From NCBI RefSeq assembly GCF_030692605.1, contig NZ_JAUYUD010000093.1:34-64033 (forward strand): 64,000 nt of DNA. Reading direction: 5' to 3'. Of the stretch, positions 38,833 through 49,714 are shown one piece after another; positions within the stretch are counted from its first letter, which is position 1; each line of letters begins with the position of its first letter. Under the pieces are notes generated by a model, which was not told the DNA's origin, did no database searches, and saw nothing but the letters and a program-made list of their open reading frames with translations. A program made the translations under genes and the position numbers. The DNA is from Lutibacter sp. GTDB taxonomy: Bacteria > Bacteroidota > Bacteroidia > Flavobacteriales > Flavobacteriaceae.

Positions 38833-39156
38833 TTATTTTTCAGTAGAAGATAAAACTTTTTTACTTAATTCCATAGAAATAGCTGAACGTTCAAATTTTA
38901 TTTTTCCTGCACCCGTTTCTACAAGCACTGTATTATCGCTATCAATTATATCTATAATTTTACCATGTATACCACTAGTAGTAATAACTTTATTTCCTTT
39001 TGCTAAAGCATTTTGAAATTGTTTTTCGTTTTTTTGACGTTTCATTTGTGGTCTTATCATAAATAGATAGATAACCAAAAACATAAGTATAAAAGGTAGC
39101 ATACTCATTAATGCGCTACTATCTCCTTGTAAGAATATTGTATTAAACATAAACAT
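38833..39156 (-). CDS. yajC: Preprotein translocase subunit YajC
   Basis: FLVIYLFMIRPQMKRQK motif followed by GDKV-like KGNKVITTSGIHGKI. Confidence 0.88.
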   Translation of the reverse strand: MFMFNTIFLQGDSSALMSMLPFILMFLVIYLFMIRPQMKRQKNEKQFQNALAKGNKVITTSGIHGKIIDIIDSDNTVLVETGAGKIKFERSAISMELSKKVLSSTEK

Positions 39157-39173
39157 TTTTATTTATTAAATTA

Positions 39174-39641
39174 TTATTTAGATTCCTTTGCTGTAACTGT
39201 ACCCGAGATACTTAAAGTCTCAGTTATTTTTTCGGTATTAGTTTGTAAAGTAATAGATTTATGTTGTTTTCCAGCTCTTCCTGCTGAGTTGAATGAAAAT
39301 TTTAATTCACCAGTCTGACCTGGTAAAATTGGATCTTTCGGCCAAGACGGCACTGTGCAACCACAACTTGCAGAAGCATTTGTAATCACTAAATCTGCTT
39401 TTCCTTTATTGGTAATTTTAAAAATCCCTTCTGCAATTTCACCTTCTTTAATAGTACCAAAATCATATACCTCTTTGTCAAAAGCAATAATAGCAATACC
39501 TGAAGCTACATTTTCATCTCTTTCAATGGCACTTTCTAATTTTTCAGGTGAAATTTTAGACGATGCGTTATCTTTACAAGAGTAGGTTGCAATACTAAGC
39601 ATAATCAAACTTAAAATTGTTATTTTTTTCATTGGTTTCAT
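39174..39641 (-). CDS. DUF1573 domain-containing lipoprotein
   Basis: SASCGCTVPSWPK signature and lipobox TYSC. The start was moved to MKPMKK because the track start at 39683 overlaps nusB. Confidence 0.75.
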   Translation of the reverse strand: MKPMKKITILSLIMLSIATYSCKDNASSKISPEKLESAIERDENVASGIAIIAFDKEVYDFGTIKEGEIAEGIFKITNKGKADLVITNASASCGCTVPSWPKDPILPGQTGELKFSFNSAGRAGKQHKSITLQTNTEKITETLSISGTVTAKESK

Positions 39642-39663
39642 TTTATTGTTTTTTATTTTAATT

Positions 39664-40602
39664 TTATAATAATCCTCTTCCAATTTTATTTATTCTATCA
39701 TCGGTTGTAAATTCTTTCAAAATTTTATCTAATACACCATTAATAAAAAAACTACTTCTATCGGTTGAATAATCTTTTGCAATTTCAATATACTCATTAA
39801 TTGTAACACGAGTTGGTATTGAAGGGAATTTTAAAAATTCACAAATAGCCATTTTAATTAAAATTAAATCAATTTCAGCAATTCTATCTGTATCCCAGTT
39901 TGGGGTTTTATCTGCAACTTCCTTCTCAAAAGTAGTATGATTCAAAATTGCCTTTTTAAATAATTCAGAAACAAACTTTTTATCGTCTTCATCTTTATAC
40001 AAATTACCTAATTGAAATGTGCCTTTTTCTGTTAATTGACCTAAACTTTTAACAATCCAAGTATTTACAAATGGAATATCATCTACCCAACTAATATTTT
40101 TATCTTCAAAATAATCGGCCAATTTATCATTTGGAGCCAAAACTTTTTTAAACAAAGCCACAACAAAATCTCTATCGTGTTGAAAGCTTTTGTCTTCAGC
40201 TTTTATATAGTTTTTATATAAACTAGAATCCTTGGTTAGCTTCCAAATTTCATCAACATATTCGGTATCCAGTTTCCAATAATTAATTTTATTTTTTTCT
40301 ATATATTCAGCTAAGGAAACACTTTCTTCTAAAATTTTAAAAACCTGATTATCAATAAACTTTGAACTTGGGTTTAGTTCATCTTTTGTTGCTAAATACT
40401 TCTTTTTGGAAATTTTAATATTATTCTTTTCCATATTTTTAACCTCAACAAGAAGTTGCAAAAGTATTGCATACAAATCAAACATTTTATCAATACTCAC
40501 ATATAAGAACTTTTCCTCCTTATCAATGTTATCATTTTTAGATTGTAACACTGCGTATACAGACTGCATCACTTTAATTCTAATATGTCTTCTATTTATC
40601 AT
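39664..40602 (-). CDS. nusB: Transcription antitermination factor NusB (long Bacteroidota form)
   Basis: The C-terminal NusB core contains INEYIEIAKDYSTDRSSFFINGVLDKI. Confidence 0.8.
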   Translation of the reverse strand: MINRRHIRIKVMQSVYAVLQSKNDNIDKEEKFLYVSIDKMFDLYAILLQLLVEVKNMEKNNIKISKKKYLATKDELNPSSKFIDNQVFKILEESVSLAEYIEKNKINYWKLDTEYVDEIWKLTKDSSLYKNYIKAEDKSFQHDRDFVVALFKKVLAPNDKLADYFEDKNISWVDDIPFVNTWIVKSLGQLTEKGTFQLGNLYKDEDDKKFVSELFKKAILNHTTFEKEVADKTPNWDTDRIAEIDLILIKMAICEFLKFPSIPTRVTINEYIEIAKDYSTDRSSFFINGVLDKILKEFTTDDRINKIGRGLL

Positions 40603-40777
40603 CTACAGAACTTTGTTTTTTTTCTTTTTAACTGCGCAAAAATACTACTATTTTTTAAATATTTAATTTAGTTTTTAGTTTTTTAACCATCGTTAAATCT
40701 ATCTTAAAAAAGTTTAATTCAATCATTATTCATGTATCTTCGTAACTTCAAAAAATTGAACTTGCCTTTTTTTATTT

Positions 40778-42532
40778 ATGAAAGCCTTACAGTATTTAAA
40801 TAAATATTTTATAAAATATAAATATCGCCTACTATTAGGTGTTATAATTACCATTTTTTCTAATATTTTAACCCTTGAAGTTCCACGTCTTATAAGGCAA
40901 TCTGTAAACGCTGCAGAAGATTATAGCAACGGCTTAATTACAGATTTAACAGTGGTAAAAACTGAACTTTTAACCAATATTTTATTTATAATAGGAGCTG
41001 CATTGCTTTCTGGTTTTTTAACATTTTTAATGAGGCAATTGATAATAGTTACATCAAGATTAATAGAGTTCGATCTTAAAAACGAAATTTATGCACAATA
41101 CCAACGTCTTTCTTTAAATTTTTATAAAAAAAATAGAACGGGTGATTTAATGAATAGAATTAGTGAAGACGTAAGTAAAGTACGTATGTATTTTGGTCCT
41201 GCCATTATGTATTCTATAAATATGTTGGTTTTGTTTATTGTGGCAATTATTAAAATGTACAATATTGATCCTGTTTTAACTACTTACACCTTACTTCCTC
41301 TTCCCATACTTTCTATTTTAATTTACGTTTTGAGCCGAGTTATTCATAAAAGAAGTACTGTTGTTCAGGAATTTTTATCTAAACTAACTGCAAGTTCTCA
41401 AGAAACTTTTTCAGGTATCAGTATATTAAAATCATACGGAATTGAAGAAAGAACAATGGCCGAGTTTGAAGTTCTGGCAACAAGCGCAAAAGAAAAAAAC
41501 ATAAATTTATATAAAGCACAAGCCCTTTTTTATCCCATTATGATTTTGTTAATAGGAATTAGCAATATTTTAGTTATTTACATTGGTGGTTTGCGTTATA
41601 TTGATGGAACTATAAAATTAGGGGTTATAGCAGAATTTATTATGTATGTAAATATGCTAACATGGCCAGTTGCTGTTGTGGGTTGGGTTACTTCAATGGT
41701 ACAACAGGCGGAAGCCTCTCAAAAAAGAATTAATGAATTTTTGAAACAAGAACCAGAAATTAAAAATAATATAGCAGAACCAACCCAAATTATAGGAAAC
41801 ATAACTTTTAAAAATGTTTCATTCATTTATGAAGACACTAATATAACAGCCTTAAAAAATGTTAGTTTTAATATTGAGCAAGGAAAAACTTTTGCAATTT
41901 TAGGAAATACTGGTTCTGGAAAATCTACTATTGTTAGTTTAATTGCTCGATTATATGATATAAGTGATGGTGAAATATTAATTGATTCGAAAAATATAAC
42001 ACAAATAAACCTAGATAACTTGCGTCAGAGTATTGGATTTGTTCCTCAAGAAGCCTTTTTATTCTCAGATACCATAAAAAATAATATTAAATTTGGAGCA
42101 GAAAATGCTACAGATGAAGAGATTGAAACCGCAGCTAAAAAAGCATACATTCACCATAATATCATCGAATTTAACAAAGGATACGACACTTTTGTTGGTG
42201 AACGAGGTATTACATTATCAGGAGGTCAAAAGCAACGAGTATCTATTGCTCGAGCTATTATAAAACTACCTAAAATATTAATTTTTGATGATTGTCTTTC
42301 AGCCGTTGATACCGAAACTGAAGAAATTATATTAAATAACCTTGCTGAAGTAAGTAAAAATAAAACTACACTTATTGTTAGTCACAGAGTATCTTCAGTA
42401 AAAAATGCTGATACCATTATCGTATTACAAAATGGTCAAATAATTCAGCAAGGCACACACAATGAGTTGGTTAATATAAATGGGTATTATAAGGAGCTTT
42501 TTGAACAACAACTTTTAGAAAAAGATATTTAA
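40778..42532 (+). CDS. ABC transporter permease/ATP-binding fusion protein (MsbA/exporter type)
   Basis: Six TM helices, then Walker A GNTGSGKST, signature LSGGQKQR and Walker B ILIFDD. Confidence 0.9.
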   Translation: MKALQYLNKYFIKYKYRLLLGVIITIFSNILTLEVPRLIRQSVNAAEDYSNGLITDLTVVKTELLTNILFIIGAALLSGFLTFLMRQLIIVTSRLIEFDLKNEIYAQYQRLSLNFYKKNRTGDLMNRISEDVSKVRMYFGPAIMYSINMLVLFIVAIIKMYNIDPVLTTYTLLPLPILSILIYVLSRVIHKRSTVVQEFLSKLTASSQETFSGISILKSYGIEERTMAEFEVLATSAKEKNINLYKAQALFYPIMILLIGISNILVIYIGGLRYIDGTIKLGVIAEFIMYVNMLTWPVAVVGWVTSMVQQAEASQKRINEFLKQEPEIKNNIAEPTQIIGNITFKNVSFIYEDTNITALKNVSFNIEQGKTFAILGNTGSGKSTIVSLIARLYDISDGEILIDSKNITQINLDNLRQSIGFVPQEAFLFSDTIKNNIKFGAENATDEEIETAAKKAYIHHNIIEFNKGYDTFVGERGITLSGGQKQRVSIARAIIKLPKILIFDDCLSAVDTETEEIILNNLAEVSKNKTTLIVSHRVSSVKNADTIIVLQNGQIIQQGTHNELVNINGYYKELFEQQLLEKDI

Positions 42533-42560
42533 AAATTATGTTTTAAGTCAATTATTTTTT

Positions 42561-42568
42561 TAGATTTG
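42561..42568 (+). promoter_or_regulatory. -7 promoter box TAGATTTG
   Basis: Matches TAnnTTTG, 44 nt upstream of the ATG at 42612. Confidence 0.35.
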
Positions 42569-42611
42569 TGTATATCTAATTTAGGATTAATTAAAAAAAT
42601 AAAGAGTACAT

Positions 42612-42974
42612 ATGGAAAATGACCATTTAGAACAAGAAGAGATATTTTCTCAGGTTCTTAGAGCAGGAAGAAGAACCTACTTTTTTGATGTAAGAGCAAC
42701 AAAAGCAGAAGATTACTATTTAACAATTACGGAGAGTAAAAAATTTACACATGACGATGGATCTTTCCATTACAAAAAACACAAAATTTATTTATACAAA
42801 GAAGACTTCGTTGAATTTAATGAGATGTTGCAATCAGCAACTGACTATATCTTAAATGAAAAGGGAGATGAAGTGATTTCTGAACGTCATCAAAAAGATT
42901 TCAAAAAATCGTCTGAATTAGAAGAAAATTCAGGTACTGAAAGCTTTACAGATATAAAATTTGAAGATATTTAA
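42612..42974 (+). CDS. DUF3276 family protein (PUR-alpha-like nucleic-acid-binding)
   Basis: RAGRRTYFFDVRATKAEDYYLTITESKK signature. Confidence 0.8.
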   Translation: MENDHLEQEEIFSQVLRAGRRTYFFDVRATKAEDYYLTITESKKFTHDDGSFHYKKHKIYLYKEDFVEFNEMLQSATDYILNEKGDEVISERHQKDFKKSSELEENSGTESFTDIKFEDI

Positions 42975-42990
42975 ATTTTATATTTAATCA

Positions 42991-43023
42991 AAAAAAAACA
43001 CCTCAAATGAGGTGTTTTTTTTT
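42991..43023. terminator. Bidirectional Rho-independent terminator
   Basis: A8 - cacctc aaat gaggtg - T9, between the convergent DUF3276 gene and sucC. Confidence 0.8.
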
Positions 43024-43040
43024 ATTAAAACTTTAACTGA

Positions 43041-44240
43041 TTATATTTTAGAAAGTACTTGTTGCACTTTATCCGCAGCTTCTTGAAATTCAGTAGCAGA
43101 AATTACATCTAATCCACTTTCATCTATCAGCTGTTTTGCCTCAATTGCATTGGTACCTTGTAAACGTACAATAATTGGAATTTTAATAGCATCGCCCATA
43201 TTTCTATACGCATCAATTATTCCTTGAGCCACTCTATCACATCTCACAATTCCACCAAAAATATTTACAAGAATTGCTTTTACATTACTGTCTTTTAAAA
43301 TAATTCTAAAAGCAGTTTCAACACGTTTTGCATCTGCGGTTCCACCAACATCTAAAAAGTTAGCTGGTTCACCACCCGATTGTTTAATTAAATCCATGGT
43401 ACTCATTGCAAGTCCTGCTCCATTTACCATACAGCCCACATTCCCATCTAAATCAACATAATTTAATCCTGCAGCATTGGCTTCAACTTCAATTTCATTT
43501 TCCTCTCTATAATCACGTAAAACCGCAAGATCTTTATGACGATATAACGCATTGTCATCTAAAACAACTTTAGAATCTACTGCTAAAATTTTATCGTCTG
43601 AAGTTTTTAAAACTGGGTTAATTTCAAATAAAGAAGCATCCGATTGAACAAATGCGGTGTATAAAGACGATACAAATTTTATCATCTCTTTTAATGCATT
43701 TCCTGATAGTCCCAAATTAAAAGCAATTTTACGTGCCTGAAATGGTTGTAAACCAATTAATGGATCAATTTCTTCTGTGAAAATTAGATGTGGAGTTTCT
43801 TCGGCAACAGTTTCAATATCCATTCCACCTTCAGTAGAATACATAATCATATTTTTCCCAGTAGCTCTATTTAATAATACAGACATATAATATTCTTCTG
43901 GACTATTTTCACCAGGATAATAAACATCTTCTGCAATTAAAACTTGATGAACCTTTTTACCCTGAGGAGGTGTTTGTGGTGTTATAAGCATCATTCCAAT
44001 AATATTTTCAGAAATGGTTTCAACTTCAGCTAAATTTTTAGCTAATTTTACACCACCACCTTTTCCTCTTCCACCAGCGTGAATTTGGGCTTTTATAACC
44101 CACCATCCTGTACCGGTTTCCACAGTAAGTTGTTTGGCTGCATCAACGGCTTTTTTCGGGTTATCTACAACAATACCCCGTTGTATGCGAACTCCAAAAC
44201 TATTTAATAATTCTTTTCCTTGATATTCGTGTAAATTCAT
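43041..44240 (-). CDS. sucC: Succinate--CoA ligase (ADP-forming) subunit beta
   Basis: N-terminal MNLHEYQGKELL, plus KAQIHAGGRGKGGGVK and GCMVNGAGLAM motifs. Confidence 0.93.
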   Translation of the reverse strand: MNLHEYQGKELLNSFGVRIQRGIVVDNPKKAVDAAKQLTVETGTGWWVIKAQIHAGGRGKGGGVKLAKNLAEVETISENIIGMMLITPQTPPQGKKVHQVLIAEDVYYPGENSPEEYYMSVLLNRATGKNMIMYSTEGGMDIETVAEETPHLIFTEEIDPLIGLQPFQARKIAFNLGLSGNALKEMIKFVSSLYTAFVQSDASLFEINPVLKTSDDKILAVDSKVVLDDNALYRHKDLAVLRDYREENEIEVEANAAGLNYVDLDGNVGCMVNGAGLAMSTMDLIKQSGGEPANFLDVGGTADAKRVETAFRIILKDSNVKAILVNIFGGIVRCDRVAQGIIDAYRNMGDAIKIPIIVRLQGTNAIEAKQLIDESGLDVISATEFQEAADKVQQVLSKI

Positions 44241-44418
44241 TAGAAATAATGGTTTTTAAAAAATATGGACAAATGTAAGAAATCAAAACTTAAAAATTAT
44301 CTGGAATAATTAAAAGTTTTCAAAATAAGTAGCTAATTCTACGCTTCTGTTTATCAATAATATATTATTCAATTAGATAAAATTAAACTGAGTTAATTAT
44401 CTTGAAATAATAAATTTA

Positions 44419-45114
44419 TTAGCCTAATTTACTAATTTGTTCTAATTTTTCAATATCTAATATTTCAATTTTTCTATCTAAAACATTTAGTATGCCTTCC
44501 CTGTTAAAATTTGACAATGTGTTAATTACACTCTCCTTTGAATATCCTAACAGCGCTCCTAATTCTTTTCTTCCTACTGGTAGTACAAAAATTGTTGATT
44601 TATAAATGATTGAAAATTCCAATAATAATATTGATAAAGCACCCTCAATATTTTTTTGGGATAACCTTGTTATCCTATGAAATAATCCATTTGCTACATT
44701 CGACATATGCTTAATTAATGCCAATGAAAATTCCCCATTGCTTTTTATAAATTTTTCAAATACATCCTTATCTATAAAACCTACTTTGGTTTTTTCTAAT
44801 GCTGTTGCTGTAAAATCAAAATTCTTATATGCAAAACAACATATTAACCCAATAAAACTATGAGGCTGAACTATTGCAAGTGTTGACCATTTATTATCAT
44901 TAACAAATTCTAATTTGACCAACCCTTCAGTCATATATAGTATATTACTTACTAAAACGCCTCTTTTAACAATGGTTTCTCCTATTTTAAATTCAACATC
45001 ACTTTTATGATTTACCAACGTTGCTTTTTCGTCTTCAGTAAGCATATTTAAGCATTCTTCCGCATTTAAAGAATTATAATCAAAATGAGTTTTCTTTTGT
45101 AAAAAATCTAGCAT
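44419..45114 (-). CDS. Crp/Fnr family transcriptional regulator
   Basis: cNMP-binding-like beta-roll followed by a C-terminal HTH (RKELGALLGYSKESVINTLSNF). Confidence 0.8.
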   Translation of the reverse strand: MLDFLQKKTHFDYNSLNAEECLNMLTEDEKATLVNHKSDVEFKIGETIVKRGVLVSNILYMTEGLVKLEFVNDNKWSTLAIVQPHSFIGLICCFAYKNFDFTATALEKTKVGFIDKDVFEKFIKSNGEFSLALIKHMSNVANGLFHRITRLSQKNIEGALSILLLEFSIIYKSTIFVLPVGRKELGALLGYSKESVINTLSNFNREGILNVLDRKIEILDIEKLEQISKLG

Positions 45115-45805
45115 TCAATAAAATATTCGTTAACAACTATAAAGATACATCATAATTAATAAATAAGCCCGCAAAATAACTGATTTTAACGACCTTTAAT
45201 CTATAAATCAAGTGTTTAACCTATCTCCTAAGTTAATTAATTTACCATTAATTATATAAAAAAAAGAAACTGAATATTGCATTATAAAAGTAGAACTAAA
45301 AAAAATTCTCTATAATGTAATATTCCATTAAAACATACTCAATAAACCTATCAACTGTATGTAATAAAATTGCACATAATTTAATTTAAAATTCGTTTTT
45401 GATGGTAATTTTATAGTAGAAAAATAAAATAAAATGAAAAATCTAAATTTTAATTTCATTTTTTTTACACCTATGATTGTGGGTGTTTTGTACATTTTTA
45501 TATTATCATATATTTATTTTTTTATTATGATTTTTAAACTATACGCTAACCTATTTTAAATCATAAATAATAAATTATTTTAATATAATAGTACTTCTGG
45601 TTTTTGATTTTAATGAAATCAGCACTTAATTTTTTTAACCTTTTCTTATTGAAACATAATTTCATAATTAGGTTAAACATTATTTTTTGCACATTTATAA
45701 GCTTTCCTTAAAATAATTCTGGCATTATTAACAAATAATTAAGAATGATTCGTCTATAAGTTAAATATTTTAGCTACTTCGTAGTATACAAGACAAAAAC
45801 TCTAA

Positions 45806-48214
45806 ATGAAAAATATTTTTCTCCTCCTTTTTATTGGTAATATTCTCCTTTTAAATGCCCAAACAAAATCAAAATCTTTTCAAGCATTAAGAATCAGTGA
45901 AACACCAACTATTGATGGTAATTTGAATGAATCTTTTTGGCAAAATACTGAAAATGCGCAAGATTTTGTAATGTTTAAACCGGGTGATGGTACTCCCGAA
46001 AGACCAACTAAAAAAACAATTGTAAAAGTTGCTTACAATGATGAGGCTATCTTTTTTGGTGCTATTATGTTTGATGATGAGGTTTCCAAAATTCCAATGC
46101 AATTTGGAGGTAGAGATCAGTTTGGAAATGTTGATTTTTTTCTAATTAGCATTAACCCAAATAATGATGGACAAAACGATACCGAATTTATTGTTATGAG
46201 TACTGGTGCACAGGGTGACGCTAAAGTAAGTGGAGAAAGAGATGATTTTTCTTGGAATGCTGTTTGGGATAGTCAAGTAAGTGTAAATGAAAAAAGTTGG
46301 ATTGTTGAAATAAAAATTCCCTATTCGGCACTTCGTTTTAGCAATTCTGAAATTCAAACTTGGGGAATAAATTTTCATAGAAAAATTAATTATTTAAATG
46401 AACAATATTCGTGGAATTATATCGATAAAAAAATAGGAGCTCCAACTCAATATTCTGGAAAATTAACTGGAATAACAAATATTGAACCACCAACTCGTTT
46501 AAGTTTTTCTCCATACGCATCCGTATTACAATCAAGTTATGATGGAGATTCTCAATTCGATTATAATTTTGGAATGGATTTAAAATATGGAATTAATGAA
46601 AGTTTCACCTTAGATGCTACCCTAATTCCTGACTTTGGACAAACTGCTTTCGACGAACAAGTATTAAATCTAGGTCCTTTTGAACAACGTTACCAGGAAA
46701 AAAGATCTTTCTTTACAGAAGGGACCGAACTATTTAGTAAGGGAAATCTGTTTTATTCACGTAGAATAGGAAATGCACCTGTTGGATATGATACCGCAGA
46801 AGAAAGTTTAAGTATAAATGAAGAAATTATAGACAATCCTTTTAAAGTAAATATGTTAAATGCCTTAAAATTATCTGGCAGAACAGATAGTGGATTAGGA
46901 ATAGGTGTTTTTAATGCTATTACTGAAAAAACAGAGGCACGCATATTAAATACTGCTACCAACGAAATCAGAAAAATGGTTACCGAGCCATTAGCAAATT
47001 ACAATGTGCTTGTTTTAGATCAACAGTTTAACAAAAACTCCTCTGTTAGTTTGGTTAATACAAATGTTTTAAGAAGTGGTAATTTTAGAGATGCAAATGT
47101 TAGTGCTTTAGTGTTTGATGTTTTAGATAAAAAATCGAAATACAATGTTAAAGGAAATTTTAAACTAAGTAATGTAAATGAAAACAGTACTACAAAAACA
47201 GGATATGCTACATTTTTTGAGTTTGCAAAAGTACATGGGAACTTTCAGTACGAGCTTAATCATTCGAGAAGTAATGATACCTATGAAGTAAACGATTTAG
47301 GATTTCAAAATCAGAATAATTATGCCAATTATTCTGCCGAAGTTTCATATAGAATTTTTGAACCTATAGAACACTTTAATGACTATAAAATTAAATTATC
47401 AACATCTAGGAAATATCAAAATGAACCAAACAACTTTACAGAACATAGAATTGAATTAGAATCCTTTTTTGTAAAAAAAAGTAGATTGGCATTTGGAGGT
47501 GGTTTTGAAACTTTTATTGGAAATAGATATGATTATTACGAACCAAGAGTTGAAGATAGATTTTTTAAGCAAACAGGTTATTTAGCTTTATTTTCATTTC
47601 TTTCAACAGATTATAGGAAAAAATTTGCTATTGATATTCGACCAGTTGTAGCAATCCGTTATCATTCTCAAAATAGATTTATAGAACTTAAAATTTCTCC
47701 TAGATATCGATTTTCAGACAAATTTCAAATTGTTCATTCTTTATTATATTCAAAAGTATGGAATGAAAATGGATATGTTAACAATTTAGATAATGGAAGT
47801 ATTATTTTTGGAATAAGAGATGCAAAAACAGTTTCAAATTCTATTTCTGGTAAACTCAATTTTAATACAAAATCATCTTTAAACTTGGCTTTTAGGCATT
47901 TTTGGTCACCTGTAATATATGAATCTGATTTTTATGAATTGAATTCAAAAGGAACGTTAGATAACAGTTCTTACACTAGTAACCACGATATAAATTACAA
48001 TATTTGGAATTTAGATTTAAGTTATTCTTGGGAATTTGCCCCTGGAAGTCAATTAGTTGCTTTATACAGAAGTTCCATATTTAATGAAGATACTCAATCG
48101 AATTTAAATTTTAATGATAACTTACATAACTTATTTAAAGAACCTGAAACAACTATTTTTTCGCTTAAATTTATTTATTATTTAGATTACAACAAATTAA
48201 AAACTTGGATATAA
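45806..48214 (+). CDS. DUF5916 domain protein with an N-terminal CBM9-like module (outer-membrane beta-barrel-like)
   Basis: Signal peptide; ISETPTIDGNLNESFWQN, typical of CBM9-like modules; a long beta-rich C-terminus ending in an aromatic-rich terminal strand. Confidence 0.7.
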   Translation: MKNIFLLLFIGNILLLNAQTKSKSFQALRISETPTIDGNLNESFWQNTENAQDFVMFKPGDGTPERPTKKTIVKVAYNDEAIFFGAIMFDDEVSKIPMQFGGRDQFGNVDFFLISINPNNDGQNDTEFIVMSTGAQGDAKVSGERDDFSWNAVWDSQVSVNEKSWIVEIKIPYSALRFSNSEIQTWGINFHRKINYLNEQYSWNYIDKKIGAPTQYSGKLTGITNIEPPTRLSFSPYASVLQSSYDGDSQFDYNFGMDLKYGINESFTLDATLIPDFGQTAFDEQVLNLGPFEQRYQEKRSFFTEGTELFSKGNLFYSRRIGNAPVGYDTAEESLSINEEIIDNPFKVNMLNALKLSGRTDSGLGIGVFNAITEKTEARILNTATNEIRKMVTEPLANYNVLVLDQQFNKNSSVSLVNTNVLRSGNFRDANVSALVFDVLDKKSKYNVKGNFKLSNVNENSTTKTGYATFFEFAKVHGNFQYELNHSRSNDTYEVNDLGFQNQNNYANYSAEVSYRIFEPIEHFNDYKIKLSTSRKYQNEPNNFTEHRIELESFFVKKSRLAFGGGFETFIGNRYDYYEPRVEDRFFKQTGYLALFSFLSTDYRKKFAIDIRPVVAIRYHSQNRFIELKISPRYRFSDKFQIVHSLLYSKVWNENGYVNNLDNGSIIFGIRDAKTVSNSISGKLNFNTKSSLNLAFRHFWSPVIYESDFYELNSKGTLDNSSYTSNHDINYNIWNLDLSYSWEFAPGSQLVALYRSSIFNEDTQSNLNFNDNLHNLFKEPETTIFSLKFIYYLDYNKLKTWI

Positions 48215-48254
48215 TTCATTTAATTTAGCCGAAATCTAACTATTATTAAAAACA

Positions 48255-48917
48255 ATGATTGTAGCAAAAAATATTCACAAATTTTACGGAGACTTAGAAG
48301 TTTTAAAAGGTGTTGGGTTAACCATAAAAAAAGGAGAGATAGTAGCAATTGTTGGACCATCAGGAGCCGGTAAAACAACGCTTTTACATATTTTAGGAAC
48401 ATTAGATGCAGCTTCTACAAATAAGGAAACTTCGGTTCTCATAAACAATCAGAATATTATTGAATTAAAAGACAAAGAATTATCCAATTTTAGAAATAAA
48501 CACATTGGATTTATCTTTCAATTTCATCAGTTATTACCCGAATTTACTGCCCTTGAAAATGTTTGTATTCCAGCTTTTATAGCGAATAAAACTAAAAAAG
48601 AAGCAGAATTAAAAGCAAAAGAATTGTTAGTATTTCTTGGGCTTGGTCACCGATTAAACCATAGACCTAACGAACTGTCTGGAGGTGAACAACAACGCGT
48701 TGCAGTGGCAAGAGCATTAATCAATAATCCTGATGTTATTTTTGCTGATGAACCAAGTGGAAATTTAGATACAACATCGGCTAAAAATTTGCACGAACTT
48801 TTTTTTACATTAAGAGATAAATTCAACCAAACCTTTGTAATTGTTACCCATAACCAAGAATTGGCTGCTATGGCAGATCGAAAATTGGAAATGCTTGATG
48901 GAAAAATAATCAATTAA
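48255..48917 (+). CDS. lolD: ABC transporter ATP-binding protein (LolD-like)
   Basis: Walker [10 protein letters not shown], signature LSGGEQQR, Walker B VIFADEP. Confidence 0.85.
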   Translation: MIVAKNIHKFYGDLEVLKGVGLTIKKGEIVAIVGPSGAGKTTLLHILGTLDAASTNKETSVLINNQNIIELKDKELSNFRNKHIGFIFQFHQLLPEFTALENVCIPAFIANKTKKEAELKAKELLVFLGLGHRLNHRPNELSGGEQQRVAVARALINNPDVIFADEPSGNLDTTSAKNLHELFFTLRDKFNQTFVIVTHNQELAAMADRKLEMLDGKIIN

Positions 48918-48928
48918 TTAGCGTTCTT

Positions 48929-49672
48929 ATGACCGGAATTATAAGTGCAATGCAAGAAGAGATTCAGGCATTATTAAATGTTCTGAAAAATGTTGCGACA
49001 GTTAAAAAAGGGATGAGAACTTATTATCAAGGTACTTTATTTGATCAGTCAGTGGTAATTGCTTTCTCTAGATGGGGTAAAGTTGCTTCGGCTGCAACTA
49101 CCACCCAACTTATAAACGATTATCCTTTAAAAGAGCTTATTTTTACTGGAGTTGCAGGAGCAATTAAAAACAAATTAAACATTGGAGACGTTGTTATTGG
49201 TAAAAATTTATTTCAACACGATATGGATGCAAGTCCTCTTTTTGAGCAATTTGAAATACCAATTTTAAAAAAGAAAGGAATTGCAACCCAAGATGCAACA
49301 GATTTGATAGAAGCCTCCAAACTTTTTCTATCCGATTATTTAAGTTATATAAGTATTAATAATTCTCTTGAATTTAACATTACCAAACCAAAAGTAGTGT
49401 ATGAAGATATTGCAAGTGGAGATCAATTTATTTCTAGTTTGTCAAAAATTAAGCAATTAAATCAAATGCTACCAACAGCGTTTTGTGTAGAAATGGAAGG
49501 CGCGGCAGTTGCACAAGTTTGTTATGAGTACCAAATACCATTTTCAATTATTCGTATTATTTCTGATAATGCCAATGAGAATGCTACAATTGATTTTCCA
49601 AAATTTGCGAATACAATTGCAAGTAATTATGCTCTAGGAATTTTAAAAAAATATTTTGAATTAAAACGTTAA
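48929..49672 (+). CDS. mtnN: 5'-methylthioadenosine/S-adenosylhomocysteine nucleosidase
   Basis: GIISAMQEE, FTGVAGA and CVEMEGAAVAQV motifs. Confidence 0.85.
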   Translation: MTGIISAMQEEIQALLNVLKNVATVKKGMRTYYQGTLFDQSVVIAFSRWGKVASAATTTQLINDYPLKELIFTGVAGAIKNKLNIGDVVIGKNLFQHDMDASPLFEQFEIPILKKKGIATQDATDLIEASKLFLSDYLSYISINNSLEFNITKPKVVYEDIASGDQFISSLSKIKQLNQMLPTAFCVEMEGAAVAQVCYEYQIPFSIIRIISDNANENATIDFPKFANTIASNYALGILKKYFELKR

Positions 49673-49714
49673 CAAACAAATTCATATTTTTATCTTTGAA
49701 AAACCTTAAACGAA

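Noticed and set aside
45434-45559. 41-aa hydrophobic ORF (MKNLNFNFIFFTPMIVGVLYIF...) in the long intergenic region
   Set aside because: Its composition simply reflects AT/T-rich DNA, and its start lies inside a terminator-like hairpin. There is no supporting signal.
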